Positions 9,401-18,723 of a stretch of 64,000 nt of DNA are shown piece after piece; positions within the stretch are counted from its first letter, which is position 1, and every line of letters begins with the position of its first letter. The translations under genes and the position numbers were made by a program. The notes under the pieces were generated by a model that worked only from the letters and a program-made list of their open reading frames with translations, was not told the origin of the DNA and searched no databases. Origin of the DNA: an uncultured Microthrixaceae bacterium (GTDB lineage Bacteria > Actinomycetota > Acidimicrobiia > Acidimicrobiales > VFJN01); the NCBI GenBank assembly GCA_963795165.1, contig CAWCGT010000002.1, forward strand, positions 269,000 through 332,999. The letters are read 5' to 3'.

Positions 9401-10303
9401 TCACTGCTGCTGCTGCGCCTGGTGCTGAGCCACCTGCGCGTGGCGCCGTATGTCCACCGATGCGTTGGTGGTGGGACGCCCGCCTCCCGAGTAGATCCCC
9501 CGCACGGGCGGCACGTCGTCGTAGTCGCGACCCCGGCCGATGGTGATGTGGCGGGGCCCGACCTGCTGGGCGTTGGTGGGATCGAGTGCCAGCCAGCCCC
9601 ACGACGGGATGGCGGCCTCGAACCAGGCGTGGGTCTGCACCCGCACCTCGTCGCCGTCCACGTCGGCCCCCGACGCGTCCGACGAGGCGAAGAAGTAGCC
9701 CGACACGTACCGGGCCGGGATCCCGATGCTGCGGCAGAGCGCCACCGCCAGGTGGGCGTAGTCCTGGCAGACGCCCTGCCCATGGGCCAGCACCTCCCCC
9801 ACATCGACGCCGATGTAGGTGGCACCTGGGGTGTACTGCAGCGACGTGTGCACGAAGCGGTGCAGGGCCAGGACGGTCCCCACGACGTCGTCGCCAGCGA
9901 TCCCGGCGATGCGCTCGGCGGCGGAGGTCACCTCCCCGTTCCAGGCCACGTGGTCGGACGCGCCGAGGTACTCCAGGTGGGCATCGCGGAAGGTGGGCTC
10001 GCTCAGGTCGCCTTGCCGGGGCGACACGGTGACGAGCGGCCGGGGCAGGGTCTCGACCGTCGCCTCGGCGGTGATCTCCAGCGACACGTGCGGTTCTCGG
10101 ATGCCGAAGGTGTCGACGCGGGTCCCCCAGTAGTCCTGGTGGGCGAGCACCCGAGAGGTGGGGTGGGTGGTGACCCGGTAGGCGACCAGCTGCTGGTACT
10201 CGTCGACGGCCGGGCAGGCTCGCAGCTCGTTTTGCGAGCCGCGCACGATGTCGTCGTAGCCGACGCTCGTGCGGTACACGATGTCGTAGCGGGTCTCGGC
10301 CAC
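9401..10303 (-). CDS. Transglutaminase-family protein (N-terminal bacterial TGase-like domain plus TGase core)
   Basis: Intact 300-aa ORF. It contains GQGVCQDYAHLAVALCRSIGIPARYVSGY (Cys nucleophile context) and THAWFEAAIPSWGWLALDPTN (His/Asp context). Confidence 0.85.
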   Translation of the reverse strand: MAETRYDIVYRTSVGYDDIVRGSQNELRACPAVDEYQQLVAYRVTTHPTSRVLAHQDYWGTRVDTFGIREPHVSLEITAEATVETLPRPLVTVSPRQGDLSEPTFRDAHLEYLGASDHVAWNGEVTSAAERIAGIAGDDVVGTVLALHRFVHTSLQYTPGATYIGVDVGEVLAHGQGVCQDYAHLAVALCRSIGIPARYVSGYFFASSDASGADVDGDEVRVQTHAWFEAAIPSWGWLALDPTNAQQVGPRHITIGRGRDYDDVPPVRGIYSGGGRPTTNASVDIRRHAQVAQHQAQQQQ

Positions 10304-10305
10304 GG

Positions 10306-11295
10306 TCAGGTCGCCTCCGATGCCCGCACGTAGGGCACCAGAGCGTGGAAGTCGTGCTCCTGCGCGTTGCGGAAGTACTGGAGCGCCACGGCCTCCGAGA
10401 TCTGGCGCAGGCCGCCCAGCATCTGGTCGAGGAACACGTGGAGGTCGCCCTGGAGGAGCTCGTGCGTGTCGAGGAACTCGAGGTCTGAGCGGGTGCGACC
10501 CAGCACCCGCTGAGGCCGGGCCATGGTGAGGGAGCCCGCCTCGAGCCGGCCGAGGTGGTTCTCCACCGCGTTGAGGCAGAAGAGCACCGAGCGCGGGTGG
10601 GTGCGCGACACGAGCAGGAACTCCACGACGTCGGCCGGGTCGATCGACGCGCCGTACCGGCGGCGGAACGCCTCGGAGCCAGATGCCGACTTGAGCGTCT
10701 GTAGCCAGTGGTGGAACCCACCCGTGGCTCCTGCTGTGACGAGCTGGCTGTAGCGGACGTCGAGGAGGCGACAGGTCATCTCAGCTCGCTCGAGCATCCA
10801 CCCGAGCTGGAGGAACCGCCAGCTGTCGTCGCGCGACATGGTCTCGGCTGCCACCCCGGCGACCATCTGGCAGTTGCGCTTCACGAACACGTAGAGCTCA
10901 TGCGGGCGGGTCTCCATGTCGAGCCGTAGGTTCCTCGAACCCAGCTCGAGGTGGAAGCTGTTGATCGCCTCCCAGAGCTCGCTGGAGATCAGCTCCCGGG
11001 CGGCCCGGATGTTCTCCCGGGCATGACCCACCGACGACAGGATCGCCCCAGGGTTCTCGCGGTCCAGCACGAGGAACTCGGAGACGGTGGCACCCCGCAC
11101 GCTCAGCTCGCGCGTTGAGAACGGGCGCTCGAGCCAGAGCACCTTGAGGAGGTCGCTCCAGGACCGCTCCGCCTCCCAGGGCATGGCTTCCAACAGGCCG
11201 TGATACGTGATGTCGAGCATCCGAGCGGTGTCCTCGGCCCGCTCGATCTGACGACCGGCCCAGAACAGAGACTCGGCGTGGCGCGCCAGCATCAT
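10306..11295 (-). CDS. Alpha-E domain-containing protein (DUF403 family)
   Basis: MMLARHAESLFWAGRQIERAEDTARMLDITY... matches the typical alpha-E N-terminus. Its start makes a 4-nt overlap with the upstream ATP-grasp gene. Confidence 0.8.
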   Translation of the reverse strand: MMLARHAESLFWAGRQIERAEDTARMLDITYHGLLEAMPWEAERSWSDLLKVLWLERPFSTRELSVRGATVSEFLVLDRENPGAILSSVGHARENIRAARELISSELWEAINSFHLELGSRNLRLDMETRPHELYVFVKRNCQMVAGVAAETMSRDDSWRFLQLGWMLERAEMTCRLLDVRYSQLVTAGATGGFHHWLQTLKSASGSEAFRRRYGASIDPADVVEFLLVSRTHPRSVLFCLNAVENHLGRLEAGSLTMARPQRVLGRTRSDLEFLDTHELLQGDLHVFLDQMLGGLRQISEAVALQYFRNAQEHDFHALVPYVRASEAT

Positions 11296-12758
11296 CCACC
11301 GCCTGCCGACTCGGCCAGCACCCAGGTGTCCTTGCTGCCGCCGCCCTGGCTGGAGTTCACCACGAGGCTGCCCTTCCGCAGTGCCACCCGCGTGAGGCCG
11401 CCCGGGATCACCTCCACCTTGTCGCCGGAGAGGACGAAGGGCCGCAGGTCGATGTGGCGGCCCTCGAGCCGATCGTCGACGAGGGTGGGGTGGCGGGAGA
11501 GCTGGACGACCTCCTGGGCGATGTAGTTGCGGGGGTTGGCCTCGATGCGCACCCGCATGTCCTCGATCTCCGCATCGGACGCGGCCGGTCCGATCAGCAT
11601 GCCGTAGCCACCAGACTCGGCGACGGGCTTGACCACCAGCTGGTCGAGGCGGCTGATGACGTGGTCGCGCTGCTCGCGGTCCCACAGGAGGTAGGTCGGC
11701 ACGCTGGCCAGGATGGGCTCGGCTCCCAGGTAGTAGCGGATCAGGTCGGGCACGAACGCGTAGACAGCCTTGTCGTCGGCCACGCCGTTGCCGACCGAGT
11801 TCGAGATGGTGACGTTGCCGGCCCGGGCGGCGCTCATGAGCCCGGGAACACCCAGCGTGGAATCCGACCGGAACACAACGGGGTCGAGGAAGTCGTCGTC
11901 GATGCGGCGGTAGATCACGTCGACACGCTTGAGGCCGTGGGTCGTGCGCATGGACACCACGTGATCGTCGACCACCAGGTCTCGGCCCTCGACCAGCTCC
12001 ACGCCCATCTGGCGGGCGAGGAAGGCGTGCTCGAAGTAGGCCGAGTTGAAGACCCCAGGCGTGAGCACCACGACGGTGGGGTCGGGATCAGCGCCTGGCG
12101 GGCTCACGCGCCGCAGCGCGCCGAGCAGGGCCGGCCCGTAGTGGTCGACGGGGCGAACGAGGTGATCGCCGAAGACTCGGGGCAGCACCCGTGTCATGGC
12201 CGCTCGGTTCTCCAGCACATAGGACACCCCGCTCGGGTTGCGAAGGTTGTCCTCCAGCACGCGGTACACGCCTTCGGCGTCTCGCACGATGTCGATGCCG
12301 GCCACCAGGCAGCGGGCCCCGTGCGGGACGTTGATGCCGAAGGCGTCGCGCTGGAAGCCGTCGCTGCTGGTGATCAGCCAGCGGGGGATGACCCCGTCCT
12401 TCACCGCCGCCTGGTCGCCCACGTAGAGGTCATCGAGGAAGCGGTTGAGCGCGGTGACGCGCTGCACCAGCCCCTCCTCCAGGTGGGCCCACTCCTCAGC
12501 CGGGATGATGCGGGGCACCAGATCCATGGGGAAGGTGCGCTCCACCCCCTCTCCCTCGCCGTACACGGTGAAGGTGATGCCGGCCTGACGGAAGGCGGCG
12601 TCGCGTATTCGCTCTCGGTCGCTCAGCTCGTGCGGGGTGAAGCTGCCCATCCGGTCGATGAGGCCCTGGTAGTGCGGCCGAGGTGTGCCCACGGCGGTGA
12701 CGGCCTCATCGAAGAACGACTCGGGGTCGTAGCCATCGAACAGCCCCGAGGTGGTCAT
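11292..12758 (-). CDS. Circularly permuted ATP-grasp type 2 protein (DUF404/DUF407 family)
   Basis: Intact 488-aa ORF. It contains ...RVLEDNLRNPSGVSYVLENR...PTVVVLTPGVFNSAYFEHAFLARQMGVELVEGRDL...VKPVAESGGYGMLIGP... Confidence 0.8.
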   Translation of the reverse strand: MTTSGLFDGYDPESFFDEAVTAVGTPRPHYQGLIDRMGSFTPHELSDRERIRDAAFRQAGITFTVYGEGEGVERTFPMDLVPRIIPAEEWAHLEEGLVQRVTALNRFLDDLYVGDQAAVKDGVIPRWLITSSDGFQRDAFGINVPHGARCLVAGIDIVRDAEGVYRVLEDNLRNPSGVSYVLENRAAMTRVLPRVFGDHLVRPVDHYGPALLGALRRVSPPGADPDPTVVVLTPGVFNSAYFEHAFLARQMGVELVEGRDLVVDDHVVSMRTTHGLKRVDVIYRRIDDDFLDPVVFRSDSTLGVPGLMSAARAGNVTISNSVGNGVADDKAVYAFVPDLIRYYLGAEPILASVPTYLLWDREQRDHVISRLDQLVVKPVAESGGYGMLIGPAASDAEIEDMRVRIEANPRNYIAQEVVQLSRHPTLVDDRLEGRHIDLRPFVLSGDKVEVIPGGLTRVALRKGSLVVNSSQGGGSKDTWVLAESAGGG

Positions 12759-12819
12759 GACGTCGAACCTACCCCCGTCTACTTGCAGGCGGGTGACGAG
12801 GATCTGAAGGGGATCTGAC

Positions 12820-12915
12820 CTACCTGCCAGCGATCATGGCGAACTGGACCGCCGCTGCCACCAGGATGGCCAGGCCGCAGAGCAGGGCCGCCAGGATGAG
12901 GCGGCGGGTGCTCAT
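12820..12915 (-). CDS. Candidate 31-aa single-TM micro-protein translationally coupled to trkA
   Basis: MSTRRLILAALLCGLAILVAAAVQFAMIAGR*. Its ATG overlaps the TrkA stop (ATGA at 12915-12912). It is below the ORF-track size cutoff. Confidence 0.3.
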   Translation of the reverse strand: MSTRRLILAALLCGLAILVAAAVQFAMIAGR

Positions 12916-13583
12916 CGCTCGGTGAGGATCGCCTGCACGTCCGCCTCGCTGTCCGGCGTGACCAAGGCCAGCACCTCGTCGCCAGGCAGGAGCCGGGTGT
13001 CGCCCCGGGGGAAGATCACCCGTTCCTCGCGCAGCACGGCCACGACGGTGGAGTCGCGCGGGAAGTCGAGCTCGACGATGTCCCGGTTGGCCGCCTTGGC
13101 GTCGCTGGCCAGCGTCACCTCGATGAGGCTGGCCCGGCCGCGCTCGAAGCTGAGCAGGCGCACCAGCGTCCCCACCGACACCGCCTCCTCCACCAGCGAG
13201 GTGAGCAGGTGCGGGGTGGAGACGGCCACGTCGACGCCCCAGCTCTCGTTGAACATCCAGTGGTTCTTGGGGTTGTTCACCCGGGCGATCACCCGCGGGA
13301 CGGCGAACTCCTGCTTGGCCAGCAACGACACCACCAGGTTGTCCTCGTCGTCCCCGGTGACGGCGGCCAGCACGTCGACGTCGTCGAGGGGCACCGTCCG
13401 GAGGTTGGCCACCTCGCAGGCGTCGGCGGTGACCCAGCGGACACCGGCCGGCTCACCGGTGCGCTCCGCCCGGGCGACGCGGTCGGGGTCCACCTCGATG
13501 ATGCTCACGTCGTGCCCGCCGCCGGTGAGCTCTGATGCGATGAAGGCGCCGACGTTGCCGCCGCCCACGATGACGACCTTCAC
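12912..13583 (-). CDS. trkA: TrkA-family potassium uptake regulatory protein (RCK N plus C domains)
   Basis: VKVVIVGGGNVGAFIASEL (Rossmann GxGxxG)...C-terminal TrkA-C (ASLIEVTL...LPGDEVLALV). The GTG start at 13583 overlaps the upstream trkA stop. Confidence 0.85.
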   Translation of the reverse strand: MKVVIVGGGNVGAFIASELTGGGHDVSIIEVDPDRVARAERTGEPAGVRWVTADACEVANLRTVPLDDVDVLAAVTGDDEDNLVVSLLAKQEFAVPRVIARVNNPKNHWMFNESWGVDVAVSTPHLLTSLVEEAVSVGTLVRLLSFERGRASLIEVTLASDAKAANRDIVELDFPRDSTVVAVLREERVIFPRGDTRLLPGDEVLALVTPDSEADVQAILTER

Positions 13584-14314
13584 GGGTGCCCTCCGGTCTC
13601 GTCGCCGCCGCTGAGGTGGGCGTCCAGCTCCGCCAGGCGGTCGGCGGCCACCGACATGTACACGACGTCGCCCTCCTGGGTGACGAGGTCGTCGGTGGGC
13701 ACCCGACCCACCCCCAGCCGCCAGAGGGCGGTCACCCGTGCCAACCCGGGTGCGTCGAGGTCGCTCAGCTTGCGGCCAGCCCAGCCGGGCGCCACCGAGC
13801 GCTCCACGAGGTGGACGCCTGCCGACGGGTCGGTCCACTCGACCGTCGGAGCGTCCGGGAGGATGCGGCGCAGGACACGGTCGGTGGTCCATCGGACGGT
13901 GGCGATGGTGGGGATGCCGAGCCGTTCGTAGATGGCGGCGCGGCGGGCGTCGTAGATGCGGGCCACCACCCGCTCCACCCCGAAGACCTCTCGGGCGGTG
14001 CGGGCCACCATGATGTTGGAGTTGTCCCCGTTGGTGACCGCCGCCAGAGCCCCCGCCTCCTCGATCCCGGCTTCGCGGAGCCGGTCCCTGTCGAAGCCCA
14101 CCCCTTGGATGGTGCGGCCCGAGAACCCCGTCGGGAGCCGACGGAAGGCCTTGGCTTGCTTGTCGACCACGGCCACGGTGTGGCCGCCATCCTCCAGCAC
14201 CCCGGCCAGGCCCGAGCCCACCCGGCCACAGCCGACCACGACGACGTGCAACGGTTCGCTCCTCTGCCCCCGGTCGGGGACCCGACGAGCGATCCTAGGA
14301 GAGGAGGCGAGCAC
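13580..14314 (-). CDS. trkA: TrkA-family potassium uptake regulatory protein
   Basis: HVVVVGCGRVGSGLAGVLEDGGHTVAVVD...NGDNSNIMVAR...TrkA-C tail (VTQEGDVVYMSV). The true start may be the internal TTG near 14251. Confidence 0.8.
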   Translation of the reverse strand: MLASSPRIARRVPDRGQRSEPLHVVVVGCGRVGSGLAGVLEDGGHTVAVVDKQAKAFRRLPTGFSGRTIQGVGFDRDRLREAGIEEAGALAAVTNGDNSNIMVARTAREVFGVERVVARIYDARRAAIYERLGIPTIATVRWTTDRVLRRILPDAPTVEWTDPSAGVHLVERSVAPGWAGRKLSDLDAPGLARVTALWRLGVGRVPTDDLVTQEGDVVYMSVAADRLAELDAHLSGGDETGGHP

Positions 14315-14343
14315 CCGGGCAAGCCGGGTGCCCGCCGTCGCCC

Positions 14344-14730
14344 TCAGGCGGTGCGCTGGCTGAGCAGGTCGCGGATCTCCGTGAGGAGCACGGCCTCGTC
14401 GCTGGGTGCGGGGGTGTCCTCGGTGGCCTCGCCGGAAGCCCGTCGAGCCATGATCGACTGCATCGGCTTCACGATGACGAAGAACACCACTGCGGCGGTG
14501 GCCAGGAAGCGCAGGGCGGCGTCGATCACCAGGCCGTAGCTGAAGATGCTCCCGTTGACCTCGAAGGTCATCGTGGTGAAGTCCTTCGAGAAGATCATGC
14601 CGACCAGCGGGGTGATCATCCCCGTCACCACGGCGGTGACGATGGCCGTGAAAGCAGCCCCGATGATGACGGCAACGGCCAGATCGATGACGTTCCCTCT
14701 GAAGAGGAACTTCTTGAACTCGCTCAACAT
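14344..14730 (-). CDS. mscL: Large-conductance mechanosensitive channel
   Basis: MLSEFKKFLFRGNVIDLAVAVIIGAAFTAIVTAVVTGMITPLVG is the hallmark MscL N-terminus. Confidence 0.9.
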   Translation of the reverse strand: MLSEFKKFLFRGNVIDLAVAVIIGAAFTAIVTAVVTGMITPLVGMIFSKDFTTMTFEVNGSIFSYGLVIDAALRFLATAAVVFFVIVKPMQSIMARRASGEATEDTPAPSDEAVLLTEIRDLLSQRTA

Positions 14731-14814
14731 CTCAGCCTCCAAGCGGCGCACCCCTACTTGACGCACGCGGGGCTACGGTAGGCCGCTGCCGTCGCGGAGG
14801 TCCCGGAAAGCCGA

Positions 14815-15708
14815 ATGCGCATCGCCATCACGGGGTCCAGCGGGCTGATCGGCACCGCCCTGCGCCACTCGCTCGGGGCCGACGGCCACGACGTGGTGCC
14901 GGTGGTGCGATCGGGAGGGGGACCGGGGGCGGTCCGGTGGGACATCGAGCAGGGCCGCATCGACACCGACGGGCTCGAGGGGCTCGACGGCGTCGTCCAC
15001 CTGGCGGGCGAGGGGATCGCCGAGAAGCGCTGGAGCGCCGAGCAGAAGCGCCGCATCCGCGAGAGCCGCACCCAGGGCACCGCCCTGCTGGCCGAGGCCC
15101 TCGCCGGCTTGTCGCGCCCGCCCGCGGTGCTCGTGTCGGGCTCGGGAGTCGACGTGTACGGCGACCGCGGCGACGAGCAGCTCACCGAGTCCAGCGCCCA
15201 CGGCCCGGGCAGCTTCCTCACCACCGTGGTGGAGGAGTGGGAGGCGGCCACCGGACCCGCCGAGACGGCGGGGATCCGCGTGGCCCACATCCGCTCCAGC
15301 ATGGTGCTGGCGGCCGACGGCGGGGCCTTGGCCCGCATGGTCCAGATCGCCAAGCTCGGCGTGCTCGGCAAGCTGGGATCCGGCCAGCAGTGGTGGAGCT
15401 GGATCAGCTTGGCCGACGAGGTGGCGGCCATCCGCTTCCTGCTCGACCACGACGTGGCGGGGCCGGTCAACCTGGCGGCCCCGGGGCCCGTCACCAACGC
15501 GGTGTTCACCAAGGCGCTGGGACGGGTGCTGCGCCGACCCACCTTCTTGCCGGTGCCCAGCTTCGGACCCAAGCTGCTGCTGGGGTCGGAGCTGGCCGGG
15601 ACGCTGCTCTACGAGAGCAAGCGGGTGTGCCCGGAGGTGCTGCTGGAGGCCGGGTTCGTGTTCCGGCACACCGATCTCGAGGCGGCCCTGCGCGACATCC
15701 TGGGCTGA
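14815..15708 (+). CDS. TIGR01777/YfcH-type NAD-dependent epimerase-like protein (with DUF1731 C-terminus)
   Basis: MRIAITGSSGLIGTAL...VVHLAGEGIAEKRWSAEQKRRIRESR...GSGQQWWSWISLADEV... Confidence 0.75.
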   Translation: MRIAITGSSGLIGTALRHSLGADGHDVVPVVRSGGGPGAVRWDIEQGRIDTDGLEGLDGVVHLAGEGIAEKRWSAEQKRRIRESRTQGTALLAEALAGLSRPPAVLVSGSGVDVYGDRGDEQLTESSAHGPGSFLTTVVEEWEAATGPAETAGIRVAHIRSSMVLAADGGALARMVQIAKLGVLGKLGSGQQWWSWISLADEVAAIRFLLDHDVAGPVNLAAPGPVTNAVFTKALGRVLRRPTFLPVPSFGPKLLLGSELAGTLLYESKRVCPEVLLEAGFVFRHTDLEAALRDILG

Positions 15709-15722
15709 GGCCGCTGCCAGGC

Positions 15723-16499
15723 TCACTTCGGCTGCATGCGCACTCCGCCGTCGACCCGGATGGTCTCGGCGTTCATGTAGCTGTTCGACAGCAGCTCGCT
15801 GGCCATCGACGCGAACTCGTCTGCGGTGCCCAGCCGGTCGGGGAACAGCACGTCGCGCTTCAGCTTCTCCTTGAAGGCCTCCGAGGCGTCGCCCTCGCCG
15901 TAGATCGGGGTGTCGATCAGCCCGGGGGCGATGCAGTTCACCCGGATCCCGGCCGCCGACAGGTCGCGGGCGATGGGCAGGGTCATCCCCACCACGCCGC
16001 CCTTGGAGGCGGAGTAGGAGGCCTGGCCGATCTGACCGTCGAAGGCCGCCACGGACGCCACCGTCACGATGGCGCCCTTCTCGTTGTCGGCCAAGGGCTC
16101 GTTCAGGCTCATGGCGGAGGCAGCCAGGCGGATGCAGTTGAAGGTGCCCACCAGGTTCACCTCCAGCACCTTCTTGAAGATGTCAAGGTCGTGGGCGGAC
16201 TCGTACTGGCCGTCGCGCCCGATGGTGCGGGTGGCCCAACCCACGCCGGCCGCCGTCACCAGGGCCCGGAGCGGACCGAGCTCCTTGGCTGCCTCCACGG
16301 CCGCGACCACCTGCTCGACGTTGGCCACGTCGGCCTGGGCGAACACGCCCCCGACGTCCTTGGCCACCGCTTCGCCCTTGTCGGGGTTCATGTCGACGAC
16401 GACCACCTTGGCGCCCTGGTCGGCGAGCCGGCGGACGGTGGCCTCACCGAGGCCCGAGGCGCCTCCGGTGACGATCGCTGAGATGCCGTTGAGATCCAT
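15723..16499 (-). CDS. SDR-family oxidoreductase, type-II 3-hydroxyacyl-CoA dehydrogenase-like
   Basis: AIVTGGASGLGEAT (TGxxxGxG)...ASVAAFDGQIGQASYSASKGGVVGMT (YxxxK)...RVNCIAPGLIDTP. The start is at ATG 16499, or at the upstream start at 16529. Confidence 0.8.
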   Translation of the reverse strand: MDLNGISAIVTGGASGLGEATVRRLADQGAKVVVVDMNPDKGEAVAKDVGGVFAQADVANVEQVVAAVEAAKELGPLRALVTAAGVGWATRTIGRDGQYESAHDLDIFKKVLEVNLVGTFNCIRLAASAMSLNEPLADNEKGAIVTVASVAAFDGQIGQASYSASKGGVVGMTLPIARDLSAAGIRVNCIAPGLIDTPIYGEGDASEAFKEKLKRDVLFPDRLGTADEFASMASELLSNSYMNAETIRVDGGVRMQPK

Positions 16500-16550
16500 G
16501 GCTGGCGACTCTATTGACTGCCCGGTCAAGAGGCGAACCGAGCCCCTGGC

Positions 16551-16991
16551 TCAGGCGGAGGTCACCACCGCGGTCGCCGCGGAAGGCTCGGCCTGGAGCA
16601 CGACGGCCTTGGTGAGGCCGAAGGCGGCCACAGGAAGGGCGGCCACCAGACCGGCGGGGCCGAGGGCACCGGTGGCCACCAGGGCGACCGAGCCCGCCAC
16701 CCAGGCGCCATCGGCCAGCGCGGAGGTGATGGTGGCCGTGCGCACGGTGGCTCGCCGTCGGGTGGCGGCGATGGCCAGGTCGACGCCGTACAGCACCAGG
16801 CCGGCGCCGACCCAGCGCAGGATGGCGGGGCTGCCTGCCTCCACCAGGCGGGCCACGGGTCCAGCCGCCCCGAGGAGGAGGAGGCCGCTGGCCACCCCGA
16901 GCAGGGCATCGAGTCGGAGGATGGTGCGGAGGCGGGCCGTGGTGGTGTCGTCCATGCCCGCATCGTGCGGCCCGAAGGCCGTCGCCACCAT
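16551..16991 (-). CDS. Hypothetical small membrane protein
   Basis: The 146-aa ORF has 3-4 hydrophobic helices (LLGVASGLLLLGAAG; WVGAGLVLYGVDLAIA; WVAGSVALVATGALG). No family was recognised. Confidence 0.4.
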   Translation of the reverse strand: MVATAFGPHDAGMDDTTTARLRTILRLDALLGVASGLLLLGAAGPVARLVEAGSPAILRWVGAGLVLYGVDLAIAATRRRATVRTATITSALADGAWVAGSVALVATGALGPAGLVAALPVAAFGLTKAVVLQAEPSAATAVVTSA

Positions 16992-17035
16992 TACCTGGCG
17001 GGTAGGGCTGCTGCCGCCGCCCGTACGCTGATCGG

Positions 17036-17545
17036 GTGAGCGACGACGACGTCTTCCCGGATCGGGACATGAGCCACCGCGACAAGGTGGTGTTCATGCT
17101 GGAGCGGGAGGGCTGGGCCATCGACGCCGTGCCCAGCCGCGAGGGACAGACCGAGTTCCCCAGCTACGCCTTCACCATCGGGTTCGAGGAGCGGTTCGAC
17201 TTCCCCGAGGTGTGCGTGGTCGGTCTGTCGCCCGTCGCCTGCCGGGGCCTGTTCGACCTGGTGGCCGGCGCGCTGGCCGGCGGCACCGACCTGCCCGTGG
17301 GAGCAGCGTTCATCGGCCTGCTCGACGGCGGCCAGCCCTGCGCCCTGCTCCCGGTCGACGTCGCCCCCGTCTCGGGGATGTTCCCGTCGCTGACCGAGCA
17401 CCACGCCCTCGCGGGCGACGCACCCGACGCCTTCGCCATGGTGCAGCTGGCGTGGCCCGACGCCGCCGGCCACCTCCCGTGGGAGCCCACGTTCGACCAG
17501 CGGCTCCTCACCGCCCAGGTGCTCCTGGCCGATCCCCCAGCGTGA
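17036..17545 (+). CDS. DUF4262 domain-containing protein
   Basis: REGWAIDAVPS...FPSYAFTIGFEERFDFPEVCVVGLSP matches my recollection of the DUF4262 pattern. Confidence 0.6.
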   Translation: MSDDDVFPDRDMSHRDKVVFMLEREGWAIDAVPSREGQTEFPSYAFTIGFEERFDFPEVCVVGLSPVACRGLFDLVAGALAGGTDLPVGAAFIGLLDGGQPCALLPVDVAPVSGMFPSLTEHHALAGDAPDAFAMVQLAWPDAAGHLPWEPTFDQRLLTAQVLLADPPA

Positions 17546-17557
17546 GGCGCAGCGGGG

Positions 17558-18702
17558 TCAGCCGCCCAGGAGGAAGGCGGCGTTGTCGTGGAACAGCGCC
17601 GGCGCCTCCTCGGCCCGGCACCCAGCCCGCTCGTAGTCGGCGAGCGGCGACGCGGTGCCCTCCGAGTGGGGGTAGTCGCTGCACGCCATGAACAGGTCGC
17701 CGGAGTGTCGGGTGAGGCGGCCCGGGTCCTCGTAGGAGAACGACGAGATCCGCACGTGGCGCTCCAGGTACTGGCTCGGACGCAGGGCCAGGTCCACGTT
17801 CGGGCGACCGTTGAGCTTGGCGGTGAAGTCGTAGGCCCCGTCGAGCATCAAGGTGAACTGGGGCACCCAGATGGAGCTGAGCTCCACGATCCCGATGCGC
17901 AGGCCCGGATGGCGGTCGAAGACGCCGTTGACGATGAGGTCGGTGACGGCCAGGGCGGGCGGCACCCACAGGAAGACCGACTCGATCACCGGCACGAACG
18001 GCGTCCGGCTCCGTGTACCAGCAGTCGTCGAAGACACGAGGCTGGTCGGCCACGTGGAACACCGGGGTGACCCCGTGGTCGACGAAGGCGGCCCAGAGCC
18101 GGTCGTGATCCGGGTGGGAGAGAGGTCGGCCGTCGACGGGGGCCGGGGCCACCATGGCCAGCCGGATGCCGTTGGCCGCCAGCGCCGCGAGCTGCGACTC
18201 GACCCAGTCGGGTCGCGCAGGCTGAGGTGGGCCACGGGGTGCAGCCGCCCGCCCCCGTCGTGCACGACCGAGCCGCACCAGCGGTTCCAGGCCGCCATGT
18301 TGGCCAGCAGGGCGGGGACGTCGTCGGAGAGGGTGCGCTCCCAGAGGAGGCCGAAGTTGGGGAAGCAGATGGCGGCATCGAGACCCACCTGGTCGAGCCA
18401 GCCCACCCGAGCCGACGGGCTCCAGTACTCGGCCGGGAGCGACGTCGTCGTAGCGGTAGCCGGAGGGGCTCCCCTCCTGCAGCCGCTCGCCGGTGCTCCC
18501 CGCACGATCCGGTGTCGCCGGGTTGGTGGACGTCGGCCAGCTGGAGCCGCCGACCCCGCCAGGTGAGCCACGTGTAGCCGGCGTCGTCGTCGACCAGCTC
18601 GAGCGCCTCGTCGCGGAGCGCCGGGTCGATGTGGTCGGCCCACATCCCCCGCGGCTCGTACAGGTGCTGGTCCGAGTCGATCACCGTCATCGCCATGCCC
18701 AC
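17558..18702 (-). pseudogene. Amidohydrolase-2 (PF04909-type) family metal-dependent hydrolase (frame-disrupted)
   Basis: MTVIDSDQHLYEPRGMWADHIDP (ORF 17986..18702). WVESQLAALAANGIRLAMVAPAPVDGRPLSHPDHDRLWAAFVDHGVTPVFHVAD (ORF 17508..18278). C-terminus GLRIGIVELSSIWVPQ...MACSDYPHSEG (tail of ORF 17558..22279). Confidence 0.7.
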
Positions 18703-18723
18703 GAGTCTGGCCGACCGGAGGGG

